Below, in pieces: positions 1 through 11,958 of a DNA stretch of 40,393 nucleotides. Location: assembly GCF_001194135.2 (NCBI RefSeq), contig NC_068988.1, forward strand, positions 64,659,766-64,700,158, written 5' to 3'. A program made the translations under genes and the position numbers. The stretch comes from Octopus bimaculoides (Eukaryota). The notes beneath the pieces were generated by a model, which was not told the DNA's origin, did no database searches, and saw only the letters and a program-made list of their open reading frames with translations. Numbering within the stretch: position 1 is the first letter of the stretch; each line of letters starts with the position of its first letter.

Positions 1-97
1 TATATGTGCATATATATATATATGCATGTGTGTATATGCATGTGTATATGTATATATACGTATGTATATATATATATATGATACATATATATGCACG

Positions 98-138
<41 letters not shown>

Positions 139-199
139 ATATATACATATATACCTATGTAAATGTATATATATACATTTACATAGGTATGCAAGTGTG

Positions 200-253
<54 letters not shown>

Positions 254-929
254 TACATATATATGCATATTTAGGTATGTGTGTATATATATATAAATAT
301 ATATTTATATTTATGCGTGTGTGTATATATATACATATATATATATATATAGATGTACATATTTATGTATGCATGTGTGTATGTATGTTTGTGTGTATAC
401 ACACACACACACACACACCTACACTGTAAGTATGTATGTCATAGGCAAACAATCTGTGTCTATTGTACAGTTACTTGTCAGATGAAAGGTTATGAACTTT
501 TGCAAAGAGAACATAACTATTACGACTCTGCTGATTCTTTGCATCTACGAACATTTCCATGAACAGGGTTTCCTCTCCAAATATTGATCACTTGCCAATC
601 TTCCATATGTATATTTATGAATGTGTGTATATGCGTGTGCATATAGATGTACACATATGTGTGCACGTATGTATGTACATATATATACATATATATATTG
701 TATGTATATTTGCACTTGAGTCTGTATATATATATATTTATATTTGTGAGTGTGTCTGTGTGTGTTTATATTTATCTATGTATGTGCATGCCTATGTGTC
801 CATTTTTATAAATGTGTGTGTGTGTATGAATGTGTTAGTAATTTTGCTTTATTTCTGTTAATCTCTATGATTTATTAGACTTGCTTTACATAAAGCCATT
901 CATCTATTCAAATGTGTCTGCAGTATTTG

Positions 930-960
<31 letters not shown>
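1..960. repeat. Compound (AT)n/(GT)n/(AC)n microsatellite-rich tract
   Basis: Dinucleotide runs read directly; the ORFs here translate to YI/CV/HT repeats. Confidence 0.95.
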
Positions 961-966
<6 letters not shown>

Positions 967-1244
967 TGTGTGAGGAACTATTTCAGACACATACATATAA
1001 ATTAGGATAACTAATATAGTGATGATGCCTACTGAGGCAGAAACTCGTGTCTACAGCCAGACAATCAAACTGTCTTTTCCTGAATGTCATGTCACTCATG
1101 AAGAACTGTTGAGTCTCAAAATTATCTCCCCTTGTCATTTAAAGTCGCTTCCAATTGCCACAAGGCATTTGTTTATGTTCTCTCAAAAAACAGTAAGTCA
1201 GGAATTTATCTTGTATAGTATTCATTATACTATTGCTTATATAT

Positions 1245-1603
1245 TCTTTTATTTTTTACTTGTTTCAGTCATTTGACTGTGGTCATGCTGGAGCACCACG
1301 TTTAGTTGAGCAAATCAACCCCAGGACTTATTCTTTATAAGCCTAATACTTATTCTAACGGTCCTTTGCCGAACCACTAAGTTACGAGGATGTAAACATA
1401 CCAACATCAGTTGTTAAGCAATGTTGGGGGGGACAAACACAGACAGGCTTCTTTCAGTTTCCATCCACCAAATCCACTCACGAGGCTTTGGTTGACCCAA
1501 AACTATAGTAGACGACACTTGCCCAAGGTGCCATGCAGTGGGACTGAATGCAGAACCATATGGTTGCTAAGCAAGCTATTTACCACACAGCTACTCCTGC
1601 GCC
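1245..1603 (-). mobile_element. tRNA-derived SINE, local family A (near full length)
   Basis: Reverse complement aligns by eye with the copy at 37250-37670: head GGCGCAGGAGTAGCTGTGTGGTAA, core GGCACCTTGGGCAAGTGTC, tail CAGTCAAATGACTGAAACAAGT. Confidence 0.85.
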
Positions 1604-1605
1604 TA

Positions 1606-1778
1606 TATATGTATATATATATTCACACACAGATGATGGATTTCTTTCAGCTTCCATCTACCAAATCCATTCTGAGGCTATAGTAGAAGACACTTGCCCA
1701 AGGTGTCATGCAGTGGGACTGAACCCGGAACCATGTGGTTGGTAAGCAAGCCTCTTACCACACAGCCACTCCTGCGCC
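1606..1778 (-). mobile_element. SINE family A, second 5' half in tandem with the previous copy
   Basis: Repeats the head and core (GACACTTGCCCAAGGTG...CCACACAGCCACTCCTGCGCC on +) of 1450-1603. Confidence 0.85.
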
Positions 1779-1781
1779 TAT

Positions 1782-2010
1782 GGAGCGACTCCTATATTCA
1801 TGGCCTCATGGTTAGGGTGTTGCACTGATGATCACAAGATCCTAGACCTTGTGGTACATTGTGTTCTTGAGCAAATCATTTCATCGCATCTTGCTCTGTG
1901 GTACACCATGCACCTGGTCAGGCAACACTGATTTGATGAAGGGAGTGAGTTAATGTGCAGCACATGCATTTGATCATTATAAGCAAATTGTTTGTACCGG
2001 TCAATCAGAA
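1782..2010 (+). mobile_element. Degenerate tRNA-type SINE, local family D
   Basis: TGGTTAGGGTGTTGCAC...TTCTTGAGCAAA shared with 22352-22500 and with the reverse complement of 8900-9010. Confidence 0.55.
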
Positions 2011-3505
2011 AAAAACAGAATACTCATGCGTCATCTTTGACTGAAGATTCCATCACGTATGAATGTATGTATGTATGTATGTATGTATGTACTATGAACA
2101 TATACACAAACCACATAGGTATGTGTGTGTGTGTGTGTGTGTGTAATCATGCTTATCTATATTCACTTCTCAGTTTTGGTTTGTCTATATTTGAATATTT
2201 ATTGTATATTTTATCTCTATAAATTCCATTAAGCAGTACTAAATAGTAAACGGTACCATAACCTCCATCTGAATTCTTTGATAGACATATATTTTGGTTA
2301 TTCCTTTAGTTTCTGAGTATTTAATTAAATTTTTAGGATTTACTGAAAAAAATTCAAATATCTTGGATATTTTATCTCTCTATTAGAAATTTAACAAAAC
2401 ATTTATTTTGTTGTTTATAGAGTGGAAGTTAATTCTTTTCTGGTTAGTAATAAAGAAATTAATATTTTTAATTGTTAAGGCTAGTTAATTTTATTTTAAC
2501 TATTAAGAAGTTTTTTTTTGTTTTTTTCTGTCAGTTCATCTAGAAAGATTTCCACTTTTCACAATCTAAAAATGGGAGTCTGTATGTGGCTATCATACTT
2601 AAAAGAAATAGCGACCAAATTTGGCCAAAACAAAAAAAGATACACAGAGAGAATGAAAGTAAGAGAAAAGGAGATAGTGAAAGAAAAAATGAGAGTACCT
2701 GAAATATATTTCTTAAAAATGCATTCTTCTATTTTCTACTTAAATTTTAAATCTAATATTTTTGGAAGTTTGATAAATGGTAGGATGAGTATGTTGTCTG
2801 TTAAGAATTCAAGATTCAATTGAAGAATTTACAATGTTTCATTGTAATGAATATTGTTGAGTATGATCACAAGCATGAATATACAGTTCAGACATTTGCT
2901 TTCTAGATTTGCTTAGTTTTTTTTGGGGGGGGATGTCTTCTGGCATGGCTTCTGATTGACCAATGCCTTGTGAGTGGATTTTAGTGGATAGAGACTTAGC
3001 AGAAGGCCATTGTTTCAAGGAGTTAAAGGAAAGCTGTGTTCTTAAAGAAACGTATTGTAATTATTCATCCTAGCTAGGTAGCTTATGTTTAGCTGAGAAA
3101 TTGTTGATAATGTTGCAAGCAGGATACAAGAGATGTGTGAAATAAAAAAACACTAAAGCTGATGAAAGGCAAGCTCATGTATATGTGTAGGCACAAAAAA
3201 TATTTAATATACTGGTATGTGTGTGAGTGTGTGTATGCATGTATATGTGTGTATGTATGTGCATATATATACTTTTACTGGTCCTGGTTCGGTGAGGGTT
3301 AGTGTATAAAATATATAATATTGTATTTGTAAATAGACTTTAATATGACTTACTAGACAAAGAAATGAACTTAGTATTCCACAGAAGTAAAAATAATACT
3401 GTTCACAAATAAAAAAAATTACAAATTTAAAATAGCTATGAGCACTTCATTTCAGAAAGAAGGGGAATTGAGTGAGGAGACTCTGTAGCGAAATTGGTAT
3501 AATTC

Positions 3506-3538
<33 letters not shown>

Positions 3539-3999
3539 GCGTGCTAAAAAGTGTGTGTATTTCATGTCAAAATCTTTATTAATTTATTTTGTGCAGTTAT
3601 GGTTTGTTATATAAAATAATGAATTTTCAATTCAAGTATATTGTGACCCATGGAAAAGTATGATGTATAATTACTGTATAGATAGATACAGATGTATTAA
3701 AACAGTTTTTAAAAAAATGTGACAAGTTTTGAGGAATTATTCTTTCCTAACCAACCAAAGCAGTCTCTCCTAGCCAACCATAATCGTCAGTGGAGTGAAA
3801 ATAATAACAGATTGGAGTTTAAAAGTTGTAATAAAACAGCCAACATCTTAGGACATATGTAACTTGCAATCCTAGGCTGTGTTATTCATTAAATCATTTG
3901 TTGAGAGAAGGTTTGGTTTGAAAGTGTAACTATCCGCTTTCCATGCTGACATGGGTTGGACGGTTAAATGTGTGTGTGTGTATGTATATATATATATAT

Positions 4000-4287
4000 N
4001 NNNNNNNNNNNNNNNNNNNNNNNNNNNNNNNNNNNNNNNNNNNNNNNNNNNNNNNNNNNNNNNNNNNNNNNNNNNNNNNNNNNNNNNNNNNNNNNNNNNN
4101 NNNNNNNNNNNNNNNNNNNNNNNNNNNNNNNNNNNNNNNNNNNNNNNNNNNNNNNNNNNNNNNNNNNNNNNNNNNNNNNNNNNNNNNNNNNNNNNNNNNN
4201 NNNNNNNNNNNNNNNNNNNNNNNNNNNNNNNNNNNNNNNNNNNNNNNNNNNNNNNNNNNNNNNNNNNNNNNNNNNNNNNNNNNNNNN
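4000..4287. other. Assembly gap; other gaps at 12397-12406, 13868-14437, 16346-16560, 17214-17849, 28486-28585, 32753-32950, 38884-39427, 39781-39790
   Basis: Runs of N, several flanked by microsatellites. Confidence 1.
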
Positions 4288-4362
<75 letters not shown>

Positions 4363-4779
4363 GTTAAATGTATATGCCCAAATGTATATATTATAATAAT
4401 AATAATAATAATAATAGAGATTTTAAAACATTCTAGTGTTTTGATAACTACATACACTGTTGTTGCACTGTATTCCTCAGTGGACATTGATAAAAGTGGA
4501 TGACTTGTGTGGCAGATATAAATCTTACATACGCATGCATATATGTATCATTCATTTTCTTTGAAGAAGGGAAATGTGTTTATCCTCCTGGAATATCATA
4601 ACTCACCCTTCACTATGGCACAAAATGTCTTTTTTTGTTTTACAAATTTTATTAAACTGTTTTCTGCCAATGGAAATCATCATTATTTTTCCTTGATTCT
4701 GAATTGTTCATCATGTACATCAGTAAAATGTGTGAGCCAAAATATGTGTTTGTGCGAGTGCCTGTATGTGTATATAATT

Positions 4780-4927
4780 TATATATGTGTATGTATATGT
4801 GTGTGTATATATGTGTATGTATATGTGTGTGTGTGTGTATATATATAGAGAGAGAAAGAGAGAGAAGGTATGTGTATATATGCACACAGAGAGTGTGTGT
4901 TTATGTATCTGTATATATATATGTGTA

Positions 4928-4971
<44 letters not shown>

Positions 4972-4980
4972 TGAGTGAGT

Positions 4981-5043
<63 letters not shown>

Positions 5044-5062
5044 TATGTATGTATAGATGTAT
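4780..5062. repeat. Compound (GT)n-(GAGT)n-(GA)n microsatellite
   Basis: Read directly. Confidence 0.95.
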
Positions 5063-5256
5063 CTATTCATACCACCAATTGGTTTCTAACCCTGTTTCAG
5101 AAAAAAATAATAACATTAGTCATTATTCACAAATGCAATAATTATGATTAAATATATATGAAGCATCAAGTGAATGAACAAATGAAAGTAGCAACCAATG
5201 ATTTTCGTTGGAGTGATATGTATTTAACAACAGTTTGACACAATTCCTTATAACTT

Positions 5257-5931
5257 AGTTTCCTGTGTGTGGAACATGTCCACATCATCAGACATTCTGA
5301 GTCAGAGAAGAGAATTCTAAAGAAATTTAAAACGGGTTCAAGGTGAGCACATTTTAGCCTCCATTGGTCAGTTCAGACAACATGGTCGATTTAGCTATCA
5401 TAGAACACATCAGTTATTTGAACTGAAGCTCCACGTGGTAAAGCAGACAGGATGTTGTTGTCAATTAGCTGACACTAGGCATTTGTGAGACTTCAATGGC
5501 ATCAAATTCTTACACTGGATGCTACATGTGGCAGGGCAGACAGCATGTTGATGTTAGTCAGTATTTTGTAGTAAAGTGTGATATTTCAGTAACAATAGTT
5601 CCCGTGTGGGTAAAGTAATATATGAGTTTATATAACCCACATGAATCTCTACAAGCAATTCCTTGCGTGAGTGTTAACTGGGCTTACTGTGTCACTAAAA
5701 TATTATGCCCTGCAAAATCTTGATTTACAGCAGCATCCAGTCTACTTTAAAACATGGACCTTCTTACTGAAGAAACTGATGTCACTAAGACAGCTAACAG
5801 TCATGTAACATGGACTGGTTGATGGAGGCCTGAATACTCTCTCTTGGAGACTATTTTTTTCTCCCCATATATTCCCTTGTTCCTTGCTCTGAACATCTGA
5901 TGATGTAGATGTGTTCTATGCGCATGAAACT
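5257..5931. mobile_element. Old 675-bp non-coding element with 45-bp terminal inverted repeats (MITE-like)
   Basis: 5257-5301 matches the reverse complement of 5887-5931 at 34/45; 7 of the 11 mismatches fit CpG decay. No clear TSD. Confidence 0.6.
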
Positions 5932-6483
5932 TCAAGTAATGTGGAGCTGAGTCAAATTGTTATTACAAACACACAAACACACACCTATATATGATGATAT
6001 ACATTATATTTGTATGCACACAGACACATATGCGCACATATTCAGTATACAGACATATGTACAGAACGCATATATAGGCATATTTTAACTTTTTGTTTTG
6101 GTTTTATTTTTTTTACTTTTTTTTTTCTGTTGTTAGAAACAAACAAAGCAACATATACAATGGGTGTATATTTGCGAGACATTAAGTTTATTGTTGTTAT
6201 CTTATTTCTTCTGAATTCTTCTTCTAGGCATGGGAGTGAACCCACAACCCACAACTCACTACATGTAGGTAGGTTGTGCACATCTGGTAAGCGTTGTTGG
6301 TCTTTGTGAACTAAAACCAAAAAAAAAAAAAAAGAACTATTAACTCTTCTCTATCCTGTCATTGCCTCCTATATATTTATATATACACTTGGTTTTTTTG
6401 GTCAGTGAGCTTGGGGTATTGTTGTGGAATTCTGTCTTTCTATTTTTTTCTTCTTCTTTTCCTTCTCAGTAAAACGCACACAT

Positions 6484-6514
<31 letters not shown>

Positions 6515-6691
6515 CATGTGTGTATGTGTGTGTATATATAAGTATATGTATATACGTGCGTGTGTGTGTGTATCTTTTTTGTGTTATATATATATATTAA
6601 CACATGTAATTGTGAATAATAGAGATATTTACTTGTATCAATGTATACATATGTATGTTGTATGTACACAGATCTATATACATATATGCAT

Positions 6692-6733
<42 letters not shown>

Positions 6734-7449
6734 ATATATATATACATATATGTATATATGCACACGTATATATGTATGCATATGTATGTTTAGGTGTATA
6801 GATATAGATCTATACAAATATATATATAGATATGCATACGTGTATATACACATTTACATACATACATACATATGCACGTACATGTCTACACAAGCATATA
6901 TCAATATCTGTGTACAAAGGAATCTTTTGTTCTTTTTTTTTTTTATCTTCGTGTGTTTCTTTGTGAGTATGTCTTTGAGTTATCAAACATTGGTACGAGA
7001 TAGTCCTTTTGCCATTAGTTGGAAGCTTTTCTCGTTCCTTGGCACACCAATTCTACAGCCACTCTTTCTTGCTTGTTGCATTTTGTTTTGATGTTATTCC
7101 TTGGTGCCTTGTTCTTGACCATAGCTGCTGGAATCTGTTGTTCTTGGTGTATTGAATTTTAACATTTTCTCTCTCTCTCTATCTATCTATCTTTCTATCT
7201 ATCTATCTATCTCTCTCTTTCATATTCTCTCTCTATCTCTCTCTATCTCTCTATTTCATGTTCTCTCTTTTCCTTTAATGATCTAATTAACCCTTTCACT
7301 CTTTCTTTCTAACGAAATGTATGTATTGAAAATCCCCATTGGCAGTAAAAAAGAAAACAGCTTGCCTTACGAGGGACCTTGCTGAATATTCTCATCTATC
7401 CCAACCATTCTGTTTGTCTCTTTCTCACCATTTGTGTATGTGCATCTGT

Positions 7450-7497
<48 letters not shown>

Positions 7498-7661
7498 GCA
7501 TGTGTGTGTGTGAGTATGTATGTTTGTGTGAACGTGTCTGAATCTTTTCCTCTCTGTGTGTATGTGTGTATACATATGTGTGTACATATATGTGTGTGTA
7601 TATATATATTGATCTCTGTTTTTTTTCTTCTTGTTTCCCCTTAACCTTGTGAAACACACTA

Positions 7662-7800
7662 CTATTAGAAATAGCAGCCAAATCTCCCTCATAAAACCCT
7701 GCCTTTTTAAGACAATACAGCCCTAGATACCCAGCATTAAATGCACAAGATGGTCATGGCTGGAAGACATAGAATCACAGATGTAAACAACAGCAACAAC
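7662..7800 (-). repeat. Fragment of an interspersed repeat (related pieces near 9665-9800 and 21740-22150)
   Basis: Shared motifs CCAGCCATGACC and GGGAGATTTGGCTGCTATTTC, with variants, among the three sites. Confidence 0.45.
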
Positions 7801-8345
7801 ACTTGTTAAACTATCCTCCAATCACTATTGGTCTTCAGCCATTTCAACCGACTTTCCCTCAAACCAGTTGCATTTGAACCATCAGTGACTAAGTTGCAGT
7901 TGGTGCAATGAAAATTTTGACACCAAATATTTAAGTGAAGTTCAGCCTTTGCACGCTTTTAAATGGCCAATATTTGTCCTTTGTGCTGTAATTATTTCAG
8001 TTTCAACACATGGTCTTGGAGATCATATCACTTGCCAGACAAGCACATTTCTGAATATTTTTTATGTTGTCCCAATAATAATTGCCTCCCACCCTCTAAT
8101 TCATTGTTACACTTAAGCCTTCCACTCACCATCTCAGTTAGATGCATTCTCTATATCAGTAGTTCTCAACTAGGGTTCATGTGATTCTTGGGAGCCCATA
8201 AAACTTTTGAGGGTCATATGACACTTGGTGGAGGGGGGGTCCATATAAGGTTTTGTTGAAATTTATGTCAATAGATTGATTATACTTATTCAATACACAA
8301 AATATTTCAACAATATTCTTTAAAAATTCTTAATAATATATATGA

Positions 8346-8670
8346 AACAAGAGCACTCAGAGAGCACAAACCTCTGCCAAGGCAACACCAACCTACCCTC
8401 AATGATTAGCCGGAGATGATTTTTAAAATGTGAATATCTGAAATAAACGTGATTGCTCTCACAAACAAGAATACAAAAAATGAACCCAACCACTCTCAAA
8501 AATTAAGTAAAAAAGAGGAAAAATAATCCAGAATCCTTGTCCGATACCAGATCGGTCCCAAAATCTAATTCATCTGAATCCATCCAACAGTTCTTGAGAT
8601 ATCTTGTCCACGGACAAACAAATAAACCTGACTGAAGACAATACCTCTGCCTTCGCTAAGGCGGAGATAA
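8346..8670 (-). mobile_element. Helentron-associated (HINE/DINE-1-like) non-autonomous element
   Basis: On minus: 5' palindrome TATCTCCGCC-TTAGCGAA-GGCAGAGGTA, short TTTG repeat, 3' subterminal repeat TTGGCAGAGGT, then hairpin GTGCTC-TCT-GAGTGC and CTTGTT end. Confidence 0.65.
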
Positions 8671-8671
8671 T

Positions 8672-9014
8672 ATAAAAAAAGACCCCCTTCGTTCATAAAT
8701 GACCATGGGATTGCACCTAGAAGGTTACCCTCCAAGGCAAAAGTCCAAGTAAGGTTGTTTGTGGAAGACCAACAGTCACCCATGCGTACCAGCCTCCCTT
8801 CTCCGTGCCACCGATGTTATCCAAGGGCAAGGCAAAGGCCAATACAGCTTGGCACCAGTGACACTGCAACTTATTTCTACAGCTGAGTAAACTGGAGTAA
8901 TGTAAAATATAGTGTCTTGCTCAAGAACATAGTACATAGCCAGGTCTGGGAATTGAACTCACCACCTCATGATTCTGAGCCCAACACTTTAACCTCTGGG
9001 TCATGCACCTTCAA
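8672..9014 (-). mobile_element. tRNA-type SINE family D, near full length
   Basis: Minus-strand tRNA-like head with B-box-like GAGTTCAATTCCC, then TTCTTGAGCAAGACAC core; homologous to 27040-27300 and 22352-22500. Confidence 0.75.
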
Positions 9015-9389
9015 AATATACAATTTAAATATATAATAAGATTTCTTTTAAACATCAAATAGGTGCGAGAGTCCATTCAAGTAAAATAGTAATCAGTGGG
9101 GTTCATAATTTTAAAATGGTTGAAAACCACAGCTGAACACAAATAGTCACAATTTGGTGCCCATAAACACACGGGGTGGAGCTTATAATGGTAGTATTAC
9201 AAAATTAATACTGACATTCAAAATTGTTAAAGGTTGCTCTGTGTGAAATATTTACTCAGTTATGTTATATAAATATATTTTGACTGAGAAATAAAACTCA
9301 GAAAACAGTTTCCATGTCAGTTAATAATATTGGTTCATTGAGTAGACAGATATTTCAAAACGCTAGGATCCATAAAAAAATGAATTTAA

Positions 9390-9609
9390 CCCTTTAGCAT
9401 TCACATTATTTTGTCAAATGTATTGCTTATTTATTCACATTGTTTTGAATTAATCACACATTATCTTATAGCTTCAAGATTTCAATGGTGTGTTTGTATA
9501 TATTTAGAATGACATTGTAGAGTAAGTGTGAGAGGTTGAATCTGGTTAGTTTTAACATTAAAAAAATAGAATTTTTGAACCAGATATGGCTAGATTAAAT
9601 GCTAAAGGG
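9390..9609. mobile_element. piggyBac-type MITE (220 bp)
   Basis: TTAA (9386-9389) + CCCTTTAGCATTCA ... TAAATGCTAAAGGG + TTAA (9610-9613); TIR 13/14; homologous copy at 18591-18812. Confidence 0.85.
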
Positions 9610-11084
9610 TTAATTAAAATAGGTTCTTGCTTGTGAAAAGGCTAGGAACCACTGCTCTACATCGTTTTTTGACCTGCAAGAAATAGCAACCAAATTACAT
9701 TGTTACTTTCTTGAAAAAAATGACAACTTTGGACAATGCAATCCCTGATTGTTATAGTTATGGATAGAATGTCTTAGACAAAGGTTCTACTATATTGGTC
9801 TAAAGAATTCAACAGTTGGATTAAATTTTCAAAATCAGTTATTTTCAATAAATGTTATTTCAGCAATATTGATGACATTTTGAGGGAATATGACAGAATA
9901 TATATAAGCAATTAATTGAAATTTGCAATATTTTCTCAATGAAAAAATATACACACACAAATATTTACGAATGGGTCTGTGTGGTGGTGTTTGTATTGTG
10001 CCTCACAATATCCTTTGACTTAGAAGTTTGACATATAAACACTGATAAATTTTCAGTTAAATAAGACTATACTGAAATAAGTACTGGAAATGACATGGTT
10101 AACTAATATAAGAAACCACACTTTACAACAAAAAACTTAAACTATACATACATACATATACGCATGTGTGTTCAAGTATGTGTAAATGTACATACACACA
10201 CACACACATATGTGTATGTATATATATTTATTTATATGTACATACACACATACACATACTTAGATATCTACATGTGTGTGTATATATATATAGATATGTA
10301 TGTATGTATATATCATATATTCATGTAAATATTTATGAATATGTGTGTATAGATGTATATAATATATGCATATATGTGTGCTTTTGTCTGTGTGCCCATA
10401 CATATATAAAAATATGTATGTATTGATAGATATCATCATTTAACATCCATATAAATGTATATAGATAATATATATATATATGTAATGCAGATGGCATGTG
10501 TTTTATGCAGATGTATTAGATATGTATTATGTGCCACTAATGTAAATCTGATGCCTGTATGTTTAACACTATAATGTTTTTGTTTGGAAAACGAAAAAGA
10601 AAAAGAGATTATAATAAAATAGACAAAACTGCTATAAAAAGAAACTAACTTTGGTATTTTGACATATTTTTCTTATCTGCCTTCTTGTTGGTTCATGTTT
10701 TGTGTGATTGTTAGATAACCATTTGTTGCAAAAAGAAATTATTATATACATGTATGTACCTATATATATAAATGTATGTATGATCATATATGTAAATATT
10801 TCTGTGTATATATCTGTGTGTGTGTGTATACACAACTATATTTATGTGTTTGTGCATATGTATGTTTGTTTCTCTTTCTCCACATATACACACAAATACA
10901 CATATATATACACACATATATACACACAGACACAATTCTATATGTATTTGTTTATATGTATCTCTGTTTGGTTATATTTCGCTCTCTTCACATGTACGTA
11001 TGTATGAGTATATAAATTGAATGCTTTGTTCTATGGGTCAGAGATCTATTTCACCCATTTTCAGTTTCATCAGGAATGATAACT

Positions 11085-11850
11085 CTCATTCAAACCAGCA
11101 TAGACATACACAGAGATAATGAATGCCCACACAACTAAAAGATATTGGTGGTAAAAATCCCTCCTCAGAAGAGTGTTTATATTATCATCCACAAACATTG
11201 CACCAGAGAAATAAATACATAGAATTAAGCAAACATTAATTAACAACAGATATTCTAATAGACTAGTGGACCAAGCTATAAAAGAATACAGACACAAATA
11301 CAATAGAGCAAATGTATCAGAGAATACACTTCATACAAATACAAAGACTGCACATAAAATCTATTACATGAACCAAACGTACAAAAACTATCGAACAGAT
11401 AAGCATATAAAATTTATCATAAAACATAACACAAATGCATCATGCCTGTCCACAAACTTAACTTAATAATATACTGCAAAAACACCAAAACCAAAAGCCT
11501 CTTCATCAATAACACACAGCAAACATGTGAACCTCAGAACAAACTGTGGATAACCAACATGATCTATAAATTTGACTGTAAATAAAAAGTTGCAAACTTC
11601 AGGACACTAACTGTTACATTGGACAGACTAGTACAACACTTTCTCATAGACTCACCATGCACTTGCATCATGGAGATATTGCACAGCATTACACCACACC
11701 ACAAAATGAAATTAGAAAGGAAAACACGAGATGAAAATAGTTATATAATTTATAAAATTCCATAAAAAACTAGAAGATTAATTACGGCCATACTTCTATC
11801 ACAATACAACACCAAAATAAATATACAAACATGCACCTACAAATTAGCAT
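11085..11850 (+). mobile_element. Penelope-like retroelement 3' fragment (RT thumb, linker, GIY-YIG endonuclease), pseudogenised
   Basis: Across stops and frameshifts reads LLRRVFILSS...RIKQTLINNRYSNRLVDQAIKEY, HKIYYMNQ, LNLIIYCKNTKTKSLFINN, NMIYKFDC (11556-11579), CYIGQTSTTLSHRLTMHLHHG (from 11612), RRLITAILLSQYNTKINIQ, typical of Penelope GIY-YIG C-termini. Confidence 0.85.
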
Positions 11851-11958
11851 GTTACTGATGGTCAAAATTTGACCACAATGATCAATTTAATGTGTAACTG
11901 CTGATCCATGATACTAATGACTAGAAGTTGTTAGGTAGGAAAGTCTACATGAATACAA

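Larger units (their letters stand above)
8157..9654. mobile_element. hAT (Charlie/MER5-like) MITE carrying nested insertions
   Basis: Left end CAGTAGTTCTCAAC (8157), right end GGCTAGGAACCACTG (to 9654); 8-bp flanks CTCTATAT (8149-8156) and CTCTACAT (9655-9662) match 7/8. A second right-end-like motif GGTTGAAAACCACAG lies at 9118-9132. Confidence 0.6.

Noticed and set aside
1020-1192. Plus-strand candidate exon (open frame, GTAAGT donor); similar candidates at about 2535-2581 (+), 3354-3398 (-) and 25470-25516 (+)
   Set aside because: No recognisable peptide, candidates fall on conflicting strands and do not join into a model; such sites are expected by chance.
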